Positions 1-8,835 of a stretch of 64,000 nucleotides of DNA are shown here, in pieces (the first letter of the stretch is position 1; every line of letters begins with the position of its first letter). Source of the DNA: Gemmatales bacterium (GTDB taxonomy: Bacteria; Planctomycetota; Planctomycetia; Gemmatales; HRBIN36); contig JBEPZY010000003.1 of the NCBI GenBank assembly GCA_041640595.1, forward strand, positions 52,673-116,672, read 5' to 3'. The notes beneath the pieces are model-generated. The model was given only the letters and a program-made list of their open reading frames with translations, had not been told where the DNA came from and searched no databases. A program made the position numbers and the translations under genes.

Positions 1-960
1 CATCGGTGATATTCAGCCAAGCGTGCGACGTGCACCAAGAGCGGCGGGCGTCAGCCCGCCGTGGTTCGGTAACGGGTCGCGCTAGCAGAACGAAACGAAT
101 GATGTTCGGGGAACGACGACCGCTGAATTAAGAGCGGCGGGCGTCAGCCGGCCGTGGTTCGGGAATCGCGCCGGCAACACTGAGCGTTTCTTGCCGAACG
201 AGGATGCTCGCATGCCACGGGGGATTACGCCCCCCGCTCTTGGTGGTTCTGCGGTGCGGACATTTGCCGGCGAAACTGCGACTTGTGCGATACACGAACG
301 CTCGTTTGCAGGAGCGGCGGGCGTCAGCCCGCCGTGGTTCGATAACCGCACCTGCAACGGCGATCGGTTTTCGCGGAGTGATTACGTTCACCACCCACGA
401 TCGGATGGTGCGCCACGGCTGGCTTACGCCAGCCGCTCCTGGTGCACGACGCCGGTCCACTGAAAAATAACGACATTCGCGGTGCACAAACGCACGTTCT
501 ACAAGAGCGGCGGGCGTCAGCCCGCCGTGGTGTGCAAAACCGACCCGGCGCCGTGAGAATCGAGCGTTGTTCAGCAACTAGCGAAACGACTACCGAAACC
601 GGTCGTCGTCAGCCCGCCGTGGTTCGGGAATCGCGCCGGCAACACTGAGCCTTCTTTGCCGAACGGGGATGCTCGCATGCCACGGGGGGCTTACGCCCCC
701 CGCTCTTGGTGGTTCTGCGGTGCGGACATTTGCCGGCGAAACAGCGACTTGTGCGATACACGAACACTCCTTTACAAGAGCGGCGGGCGTCAGCCCGCCG
801 TGGTACGGGAATCGCGCCGGCAACACTGAGCGTTTCTTACCGAACGAGGATGCTCGCATGCCACGGGGGGCTTACGCCCCCCGCTCTTGTCTTGCAGTGC
901 GCATGTCTGCCGGTGAAAAACAATTTTTTCGATGCACAAACGCACACGCACAAGAGCGGC
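1..960. repeat. REP/BIME-like mosaic cluster 1 (about 10 hairpins; probably continues past the left edge)
   Basis: GAGCGGCGGGC-GTCA-GCCCGCCGTGG hairpins at about 38, 132, 311, 504, 777 and inverted variants CCACGG(CTGG/GGGG)C-TTAC-G(CCAG/CCCC)CCGCTC at about 215, 413, 680, 861, joined by reused 55-75 bp linkers. Confidence 0.9.
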
Positions 961-1229
961 CAGCAGGCTGCTGGCGGCGAGGGTGGCGAACCAATGGCAC
1001 CGATAGTCGCAACCCGATTGGGGCCGGTGTCGCAGAGCCCAGACGCCTGGGCAATCGCGTTCACCTCAGTTTTTCCGCCGGTGTTCCGACCAACTCAGTC
1101 TTTCCGCCGATGTTCCGGTGAGATTGGAAAAGCCCTTCCGCACGCAACGTTCCCGTCAGCCAATTCATTCGGGGCTGGTTCTTCAAGCCTACAGTGAAAA
1201 CCGACAAACCTTCCGTGCCAGCGTTCGGA

Positions 1230-3206
1230 TTAGTCCATGTCTTCCAGTTTCCTGGCCAGCTCCGGGTCCTGCTTGCGAATCTCCTCCAGCAACGGATCGA
1301 CCAGGTCAACGCGTGTCCGTTCGAATTGCCACAGAGGCGACGTCAGCAAAGCGTCTCCTAATTTTACGAGCGGATAATTCTGCAACGTACGGAATTGAAC
1401 TCTCTCCATAGCTTGCCAGCGCTCGAATAGGCTTTTGCGTTGCTCTGGCGGTGGGTTTTGGGCTGTCTGGCTGCCGAGCTTCAGACGGGTGAGGGCTTCG
1501 CTGGCCTGCTGCCGCACGATGGCAGGTACATCGTCGGCACTGGCGAGCGTTTCCAGCATGACGCGAGCGGGCATGTAACCTTCCTTGCGATACAGAATCT
1601 CCGCCAGGTGGATGCGGTTTTCAATTTGAGCGGTCCAGAACATCACTCGCAATTTCGGGAGCAACCGATCGGGCACATCCATGCCTTTTTCAGCCAAAGC
1701 CGAGAATACATAACCGGCGGGGATCCTTGGCAATTTCCCGTTCAGGGCAGACTCAACAAAGTCCAAGTACATCGGGTCGCGCTCGGCGCCTAATTTGCTG
1801 AGGACCATCTCCGTTTCCACGGGCGTTATGAACCCACTAGTGGTTTTCCATACTTCGTGGAGCTTTTCCAGAATCTTTTTGTCGCCCGTGAAATAGTAGA
1901 GCAGAACCAAAACCCGGCCGACATGCGGATGCGTACCGCAGTGATTCAACAGGATGCGTAGCAACGGCTCCATTTCTTTCAGGTTCCGGCTTCGTATTTC
2001 GTCAAAGAGAGAAACAGTCAAAAAGGTGATCATTGAAGGAAATCTTTGCAAAGCTGCCTGAACCTCGGTTACGGCTTCTTTTTCGGGTAAATGTCGAACC
2101 AGTATGGCGAGGACCAGAGCTGCCCGCCGCTCGTCTTTTTCAGTCGCAAGGGCTTTACGCAGGGTGTCCAAATGCGCCTGGTCGAAGGTGCGGGCACGAA
2201 GTAAGGGGAGTAATTCTTCATAGCTTACATACCCCTTATTTATCACTGCGGTCTCGATAAACGCCTGGAGCAGCGGCTCGGGAATGGCCGGAAGAAGCAT
2301 GGCCGCGCTTGCTACTTCGGTTCGATGGTACGAAAAGATGGGAAACACGAAGCGATACGTGAGGTCGAATTGCTGATCCACGGTCGTCTGCAAAGGCGGT
2401 GATCGGTCGAACCACAGGTTGTCTCGGGAGGTTACCACGTTGCAGAGGAATTTCAGCACCTGGTCGTCCGTCTGACCTGCCAGGAGCAATAATATCGCAG
2501 CTTGAACACGCGGCGCGCCCCGATCCTTGCTGAAAACTTCCCGGACAAGTTTCCAATCCTCTTGTCCCAGACGCTCATAGCAACAGGTCAGCCCGCGCAG
2601 CGCTGCTAGCCGTACTGTGGGGTCCGTGTCAGAGACAGCCTGGCGAAAGCAGTTGAGAACTTTCTCCGATTTCCGACCCGAAAGACGCAACGCTTCCAGG
2701 GCAGCCCAGCGCACCACCGGCTCCTGGTCGCTCAAAGCGGCGTAAAGTCCTGCCGGTACGGGGCGCAGAGGAACCTTGAATGATAACCAGCCCAGGAACC
2801 GGCACGCCGCCACTCGCACCATCGGATCCGGGTCTTGCAATTGCTGCTCAAGTCGCGGAACATGTCGCGCCATTTTCGACGCCGATAGCAGATAGGACGG
2901 CGGGTCTCGCCTGATCAGCTGGTTCATGGCCTCAATCCGCACCCAGGTGTTCGGGTGGTTGAGCAGGAAGTCGAAGTTCTGCACAAGGGCCTCGTGAACC
3001 TCCATGCTGTTAACGGAGCGTAAGGCAACCAGGGCCTGGTACACCTCGCTGGCGTCCTGGCTGGTAAGTTTTTGCTTCCATTCGGTCAGTGTTCGGCCCC
3101 GAATTTGTTGCGGGGGCGAAGGCAACTGACTCCACCCAACCTGGATCAGAGAAACAGCGGCCCACACACCGATAAGCAGAGCTACTCGGCGCTGCATGGC
3201 GGTCAT
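1230..3206 (-). CDS. Secreted HEAT/PBS-lyase repeat protein
   Basis: 658 aa ORF; N-terminal signal-like segment; repeated DPDPMVRVAAC, DQEPVVRWAAL, DTDPTVRLAAL HEAT motifs. Confidence 0.85.
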   Translation of the reverse strand: MTAMQRRVALLIGVWAAVSLIQVGWSQLPSPPQQIRGRTLTEWKQKLTSQDASEVYQALVALRSVNSMEVHEALVQNFDFLLNHPNTWVRIEAMNQLIRRDPPSYLLSASKMARHVPRLEQQLQDPDPMVRVAACRFLGWLSFKVPLRPVPAGLYAALSDQEPVVRWAALEALRLSGRKSEKVLNCFRQAVSDTDPTVRLAALRGLTCCYERLGQEDWKLVREVFSKDRGAPRVQAAILLLLAGQTDDQVLKFLCNVVTSRDNLWFDRSPPLQTTVDQQFDLTYRFVFPIFSYHRTEVASAAMLLPAIPEPLLQAFIETAVINKGYVSYEELLPLLRARTFDQAHLDTLRKALATEKDERRAALVLAILVRHLPEKEAVTEVQAALQRFPSMITFLTVSLFDEIRSRNLKEMEPLLRILLNHCGTHPHVGRVLVLLYYFTGDKKILEKLHEVWKTTSGFITPVETEMVLSKLGAERDPMYLDFVESALNGKLPRIPAGYVFSALAEKGMDVPDRLLPKLRVMFWTAQIENRIHLAEILYRKEGYMPARVMLETLASADDVPAIVRQQASEALTRLKLGSQTAQNPPPEQRKSLFERWQAMERVQFRTLQNYPLVKLGDALLTSPLWQFERTRVDLVDPLLEEIRKQDPELARKLEDMD

Positions 3207-3236
3207 TTCCTTTTTCCCGTCTGGCGATGGGATTGG

Positions 3237-4916
3237 TTACTGGTTTTTCTGACCCTCAATTTCCCGAATTGCTTCCAACGCTAAAACCCTAATTTGCGTT
3301 GCTCTTGGGGCTGTTGGACCCTTTGGGTCATTCGCGATGCGAGAATCCTCCGTGAAACGTTGCAAGGCTGGCAGAGCTTCCTTGGCGGCTGGACCGAGGT
3401 TTCCCAAACCCACAATCGCAGGTGCTAATTGCTCCGGGTCGTTCGAGTTGAGTCGCCCGAGGAAAAACGCGAGCAGGTCTGGGTCTTTTTGCTGGGCAAG
3501 AACCCAGAGAGCCAGCCTCGCTAGAAGCCTCTCCTTCGAGTCCGCCAGGGACATTAGACGTCGGCGAATTTCCTGATCCCCGATTCGCACGCCAAGACGT
3601 ATGCATTCGTTCAGTACAGCCTCTGACACCACGCGATTTTGAATAGCCTGTGGCTCCAAAAGTTCCAGTATTAGCTGGCGCAGGAGCGGTGAACGATTCG
3701 AAAACTCCAACGCGCAGGCGCCCACGATACCACGGGCAGTGTCGTCTTGCATTTGAGACAGGTTAGCCATCAGGAAGGGGAGTTCGTCCAGTGCGGCTTG
3801 AGGGTCTATATCGGCCACGATGCGGATCAAATATCCTGCACAGGCTAGATCACGCAGCCGCAATCGCAGTTCGCTGGCAGCTATCTTCCAGGGTAACCGA
3901 CGACAGGCAACGGCTAAGCGGGCGACATTTCGGCGGACCTGCGCATCGCCGTCTCTGAGCCCTTCCGCGAGAAGTTTGACCTTTTTTTCTTGATCCAAAT
4001 CGGCTAACGCCATCAGATAATAGGCTGTCGATCGCACCTGGGCATCCGCGTCCCGGCAATGCTCGAGGATCGTCTGCAAGGACTGCTGATCGCGGCGGGT
4101 GGAATAGCTGGTATAGAAGGCGTACAGCTGAGCGACTCGCAACGCCTGCTCTTCAGCGTTTGTGTTCAGCCGGACCCAGTCGGCGATTTCCTGGTTTTCG
4201 CCGATCAGGCGCAATAAAGCTTCCTGGGCCGCCCTTTTGGCCTGTATGTCGCTGAAGCGTAAAGCCCGGCACAGAGCCTCGGCAGTTACCCCGCCGCCAG
4301 CCGGAACCTGTCCCAGGAGCCGAACGATCAGAGCGCTGGTTGGCGAGGACTTCTCGCCAAGATGCTGCGCGAGAAGCTCGGCGGTCTTTTTAGTGTTACG
4401 TACCTGGCATCGTTGCAGGGCTTGCAACGCCAGTTGTCCAGCCGGCGTGGTCGGGTCACTCACATACTTGAGCAACCGCTTCAGCACTTCGTCCCCGACG
4501 ACGCCATCTTTACTGCCAGACGCCAGCGCATCCACGGCCACGAGTATTAGGTGCCGATCCTTGCTGTCGAGTATCTGCACGATGGTGGATTCGGCCTTGG
4601 CATCGAGTCCGGTGAGTGGAGCCAGTGCTCGCACGGCCGCCACACGCACTGCCGGTACGGAATCGTCCACAGCTTCACACAGGGCAGGTACTGCGGGCAA
4701 GGCTGCCTTGCCTGCCTGGGCGAGCCGTTCCGCAGCCTGAGCCCGTTCCAGGGCATTTTTACTTTTCAGGGACTCGATGCTCTGCAAAACCGCTTCTCGG
4801 TCCAGTGGTTTCTCTGCTTGTTGGGCCGGGCAAAGCTGCGTGCCCCAACAGGAAATCAGACACCACCAGGCCAGCCATACCGTGCCGATTTGTAACGCCG
4901 GGCCAGGTTGCTTCAT
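3237..4916 (-). CDS. Secreted HEAT-repeat protein
   Basis: Start moved to MKQPG (ATG 4916) with GGAGG RBS just upstream; motifs DSVPAVRVAAV, DADAQVRSTA, DGDAQVRRNV, LGNLGPAAKEALPAL. Confidence 0.85.
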   Translation of the reverse strand: MKQPGPALQIGTVWLAWWCLISCWGTQLCPAQQAEKPLDREAVLQSIESLKSKNALERAQAAERLAQAGKAALPAVPALCEAVDDSVPAVRVAAVRALAPLTGLDAKAESTIVQILDSKDRHLILVAVDALASGSKDGVVGDEVLKRLLKYVSDPTTPAGQLALQALQRCQVRNTKKTAELLAQHLGEKSSPTSALIVRLLGQVPAGGGVTAEALCRALRFSDIQAKRAAQEALLRLIGENQEIADWVRLNTNAEEQALRVAQLYAFYTSYSTRRDQQSLQTILEHCRDADAQVRSTAYYLMALADLDQEKKVKLLAEGLRDGDAQVRRNVARLAVACRRLPWKIAASELRLRLRDLACAGYLIRIVADIDPQAALDELPFLMANLSQMQDDTARGIVGACALEFSNRSPLLRQLILELLEPQAIQNRVVSEAVLNECIRLGVRIGDQEIRRRLMSLADSKERLLARLALWVLAQQKDPDLLAFFLGRLNSNDPEQLAPAIVGLGNLGPAAKEALPALQRFTEDSRIANDPKGPTAPRATQIRVLALEAIREIEGQKNQ

Positions 4917-5188
4917 GATTCGCCTCCGTAAACTGGTCCGATCGTCTTCCCGATATACTGGAAAAACCTGCCCCGCAAATGTCTCCAGGCAGTCAAAGCC
5001 GCCCAGAGCTTGTGCCAGCGCTAACTTTAGCAAGGCCCGAACCAGTCGGCAACCGTGCACCGGGACTATTACGGAAAGCTTAGACGGCCGACATGCGAAC
5101 GAGGTTGCCGCGGTCCAAGCGGATTCGCCAGCCGCTTGCGATCCGGAAAAGAACGAGGGTTCCGCTGCCGCCGGTCATGTGCCGAAGG

Positions 5189-5683
5189 TTACGCGGAATC
5201 GGTGGCCGGTGGCGGGGGTTCTGTGCTCTGGGCCGGTGGACGCGCTTCCACCAGCGTGACGGTAATGCCTTCCTGGACTACCTTGCCGTGCTGGTTGAGC
5301 ACCTGACGCTGCCAGGTGATCAAGCCTCTGCGACCGCGGCCTCGAGGTTCCTTAGCCAGCACTTTCGAACGTACCCGCAGGGTATCGCCGATGAACACCG
5401 GTTCGCGGAACTGCCAGTCGCGGATGGCCACCAGTGCCAGGGTACGCATCGGTGGACAATTCACACTCAGGCCACTGGTCAGCGCCAAGGTAAGCAAACC
5501 GTGAGCAATCGGCCGGCGAAAAGGGGAGGTGCGAGCGTACTCGTGATCCATGTGAATGGGATTGAAGTCGCCACTCAATCCGGCAAAATGCACCAGGTCG
5601 GCTTCGGTAACGGTGCGGCCTGGGGATTCCCATTCCTGGCCGACTTCCACATCGTCGAAGTACAGGTGGTAGAAGGCGTACAT
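5189..5683 (-). CDS. MaoC-family (hotdog fold) dehydratase
   Basis: Motif RTVTEADLVHFAGLSGDFNPIHMD...IAHGLL...FREPVFIGDTL. Confidence 0.92.
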   Translation of the reverse strand: MYAFYHLYFDDVEVGQEWESPGRTVTEADLVHFAGLSGDFNPIHMDHEYARTSPFRRPIAHGLLTLALTSGLSVNCPPMRTLALVAIRDWQFREPVFIGDTLRVRSKVLAKEPRGRGRRGLITWQRQVLNQHGKVVQEGITVTLVEARPPAQSTEPPPPATDSA

Positions 5684-5897
5684 GGCCTGACCCCACCGCG
5701 TCGTCGCTATCGGTCTGGGTAATTGCGGGCGATTCGCTCGTCGAAAAACACAGCCTCGCGGCTTTCGGGCAGTTGCGGATCACCTGCTACGGATCAGGAA
5801 CTAGCGAGTAAGGGCAAGGCAGGACAGGGGGCCGGCTGCGCGAAAGGTGACACAGGCGAGCACAGACCAATTATGCTGGGTCATCTACTGCCGGCGT

Positions 5898-6004
5898 ACA
5901 TTCCAGCCCGCCGCTTACCCGCCCGGCAGTCTGCCGTCGCACGATGACGTCATGAGGCGTTAGCTTGGGCCGACATTCCAGCCCGCCGCTTACCCGCCCG
6001 GCAG
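5898..6004. repeat. Perfect 32-bp direct repeat pair, period 75 bp
   Basis: ACATTCCAGCCCGCCGCTTACCCGCCCGGCAG at 5898-5929 and 5973-6004. Confidence 0.9.
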
Positions 6005-6014
6005 AGGGACATGC

Positions 6015-8486
6015 TCATTTGCTTTCGCGTGTGTAGCCGGCAGGAACGACCCCGGAAGCAGGTGCGCTGAGCAATTGCAAGGCATAGCCGGCCTGTTCGC
6101 GGATACGGGGATCGGCGTCGCGAGCAGCGAGTTGCAGGGTCTGGCGAACGGCAGGCGTGTCGGCACGGATCAGCGCCAGGGTCTGAATGGCTTTGATACG
6201 GACGGCAGGATGTGGGTCGTGACCAGCCGCCTGCACCAGAGCCTCCACCGCGAACGGATAGCGCTGGGGTTCGATGACCGCGAGTCGAGCGGCCGCCCAT
6301 TCGCGTTGCTGCGGCGAACCGGAAGTTTGCAGCACGTTGACCAGGAAGAGTGTGTTCCGCAGGGCCAGCGCTTCGGTGCCGTTGGCGCTGGCTTGCAGCG
6401 TCAGCGTTTGCACCGGGGATTGGTGCGGCGGAACTAATGGCCCGGTCGTCCACGCCACCGGCGTCGCGGCAGTATCGGGCCGGGAAGGTACCACCGGCGG
6501 AACGATGCCCGGGAATTGATGCGGATTTTGCACGGCGGCTACCTGCAACGTGTTGAACGGCTGAATCGGCGGTTGGGGTGGAGGCAAATCCGGGCGTGGT
6601 TTGTCGGTGACCATCGGCACGAACGGCAGGGGCACCGGCGCTTTGGACGTGGCGGTGTCGGTGATGCCTGTCTGTCCGGCAGCAGCTTTGTTTTCGGCAC
6701 GGGATGCGGTGGATGTCGAACTGACCGGGCCGGAAGGTGTCGGCGGGGAAACACGCGATGGTGGTTCCGGCAAGGTGGAAGAAGCCGGTTTGTTCGCGCC
6801 AGCCGTCAAACTGGCGTTGGTTACCGACTCCCGAATGGGATTACGCTGGACGAATTTCTCCGGCTCGCGCAGCGGATCGGGTTTGGCAGGGGTGTTCGGT
6901 TTCCGAGCAGCAGAACCTGTCGCCAGCGGTGGTGGAAACGGTACAGGCGGTTCCGCAGAACTCGGCACAGCGCGTTTCACCGGTAGCACTGCGGAAGCCT
7001 GAGCCAGCACCGCGAACTGGTACTGAATCGCAACCAGCTGTTCCGGAGTAAGCGAAGCCGTGGTGGCATGGGAAACGCCTGGCTTGTTCGCGGGTCGATC
7101 GGAATCGCGACGGAACAGCCGATTGAACAGTCCGCGGCGCTGTTCCGGTTCGGCACTGCTCGCCTGCACAGCGTGCTGACCGGTAACGGCTTGGCTGCTG
7201 TTTGTGCCGGGAGTAAGCGTAACGCTCGAAGCAGGTGGCTGGGCTTCAGTCCGAGCAGGGGAAGTGCTTTCCGACCGCGTAAGCGGAGCCTTGGGTCCAA
7301 TTGCAGAGCGCGACGGGCCCCCTTCGGAAACTACGCCAGCTGAAGCGTGATCGCTCGGAACCGGGCCGACGATAATACGAGTTTCGCTGCCAGGTACGAT
7401 GGGAGCCGGAGGTACCTCTGCCATACGCGGTGGAGGAGCTAACACCGGTGTGGGAAACGCTTCCTGAGATGGGCCGGTCGTGGCACGAGGGGACGAAGTG
7501 CCGGACCCGGAAATCCGTCGGACGATCCGCGACCACAAACTTTCCCGTGGACTGGTTTGGGGCACGAGGACCACCGAAGGTTGTCCCGAAGATGGCGAAG
7601 TTTCCGCAGCGGAGGTGGTATTAGTGAGCGACGGTGCAGGTGCACTGGGAACCTGGTCTGATCTGCTCGTCGCGGATGCAGTCGGCATCGGGACCAGTGT
7701 AGCGGACGGTGCTGCCACCGGCGCTGTGGTCACCGTCATAACCTCGCCTGTAGATTCCGAACGCACCGTCAGGGTGACTACGCCGTTTGTGTCAACGGTC
7801 TTGCGGAGAATAACGCAGCGCTGCACGCCTCGGTCACGGAAATCGAGTGTGATCACCTCGCCGGGACGGTCAAGCCGAGCCAGTTGCTGTAAGACGGCCG
7901 GGTTTGCCTGCATCACAGGCGTGGACGAACTCGGTGGCGAGGTTTGCTGAGTCGGCGGTACAGTGCCACCAGCAAGCCCGTCACCAGCGCGGGAACTCGG
8001 TACCGAAGGTTGCTGAGTCGGCGGTGCTGTCACAGAAGCACCGCTCGCCGGAGATGGACAAACGCCTGTCGCGGCGGGTTGCCAGGACGTGGACGGAGAA
8101 CTGCTCGGCTTGGCAGCCTGGGATGGCTTGTCCGCTACGGCAGCCGGAGTTGCAGGAAGATCGGGAATGGTTGGCACGCCGGGAGGCGGTTTCTGCTGGC
8201 CTACTCCCCAGCGATAAAGCTGAGCCTGGGAACTGCCCGGCGGTTCGACGAGCGTGGCCATTTCTTGAGTTTCCTGCGAGCGAATGTAGCGGATAACGGT
8301 TTTATCCGGTCGCTCCCAGGCGAGAACGGTAACGAACTTCTCCGGCGGCCGGCTCCCCTGGCGGATGGTGAGAACTTTGCCGATCTGATCCGGCAAAGGT
8401 CGGCCTGCCGAACCAACCGGTTCCGCGCGGAGCAAGCCGACCGCCAGGCCCAACCCCGCAATTCCCACCGCCACGATCCGTTTCAT
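6015..8486 (-). CDS. Secreted Pro/Ser/Thr-rich protein with C-terminal HEAT repeats
   Basis: Signal peptide MKRIVAVGIAGLGLAVGLLRA; long low-complexity linkers; C-terminal DPHPAVRIKAI and DADPRIREQA HEAT motifs. Confidence 0.8.
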   Translation of the reverse strand: MKRIVAVGIAGLGLAVGLLRAEPVGSAGRPLPDQIGKVLTIRQGSRPPEKFVTVLAWERPDKTVIRYIRSQETQEMATLVEPPGSSQAQLYRWGVGQQKPPPGVPTIPDLPATPAAVADKPSQAAKPSSSPSTSWQPAATGVCPSPASGASVTAPPTQQPSVPSSRAGDGLAGGTVPPTQQTSPPSSSTPVMQANPAVLQQLARLDRPGEVITLDFRDRGVQRCVILRKTVDTNGVVTLTVRSESTGEVMTVTTAPVAAPSATLVPMPTASATSRSDQVPSAPAPSLTNTTSAAETSPSSGQPSVVLVPQTSPRESLWSRIVRRISGSGTSSPRATTGPSQEAFPTPVLAPPPRMAEVPPAPIVPGSETRIIVGPVPSDHASAGVVSEGGPSRSAIGPKAPLTRSESTSPARTEAQPPASSVTLTPGTNSSQAVTGQHAVQASSAEPEQRRGLFNRLFRRDSDRPANKPGVSHATTASLTPEQLVAIQYQFAVLAQASAVLPVKRAVPSSAEPPVPFPPPLATGSAARKPNTPAKPDPLREPEKFVQRNPIRESVTNASLTAGANKPASSTLPEPPSRVSPPTPSGPVSSTSTASRAENKAAAGQTGITDTATSKAPVPLPFVPMVTDKPRPDLPPPQPPIQPFNTLQVAAVQNPHQFPGIVPPVVPSRPDTAATPVAWTTGPLVPPHQSPVQTLTLQASANGTEALALRNTLFLVNVLQTSGSPQQREWAAARLAVIEPQRYPFAVEALVQAAGHDPHPAVRIKAIQTLALIRADTPAVRQTLQLAARDADPRIREQAGYALQLLSAPASGVVPAGYTRESK

Positions 8487-8835
8487 GCCTCTACCCCCGT
8501 CACTGGTCCTGTTCTCGCAAACGGGTCACGCCATTTCGCCCCAGCCCGGCAGCACCTGGAAGCAGGGTCGGCTTGTGCCGAATGCCCTGTTGGCGTGCTC
8601 GCTTCCGTTCGCTCCTTATTTGCGATCTTCGCGCAATGTACCAGCTTGTCATTCTTTATCGTCCGCGGGCACGCTGTGCCTGAATGGGAAATGGTGAGCG
8701 GGTACAATAAAATCCACTGCATCCGCTCCACTGACGGCTGGCCAGGCGGCAGGCATTCGCGGCAAGCCGAAGGGCATTCGACATCTGGGGCCGCCAGACC
8801 GCCGGCATGCTGAACCTTTCTGGAGACTGGACGGG

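Noticed and set aside
82..1197. Many ORFs with HGGLTPAA, RAAGVSPPW or ERRASARRG motifs here and at 34.3-35.3, 46.4-48.7 and 51.2-52.9 kb
   Set aside because: They are translations of the palindromic REP in all six frames, with no consistent frame or RBS
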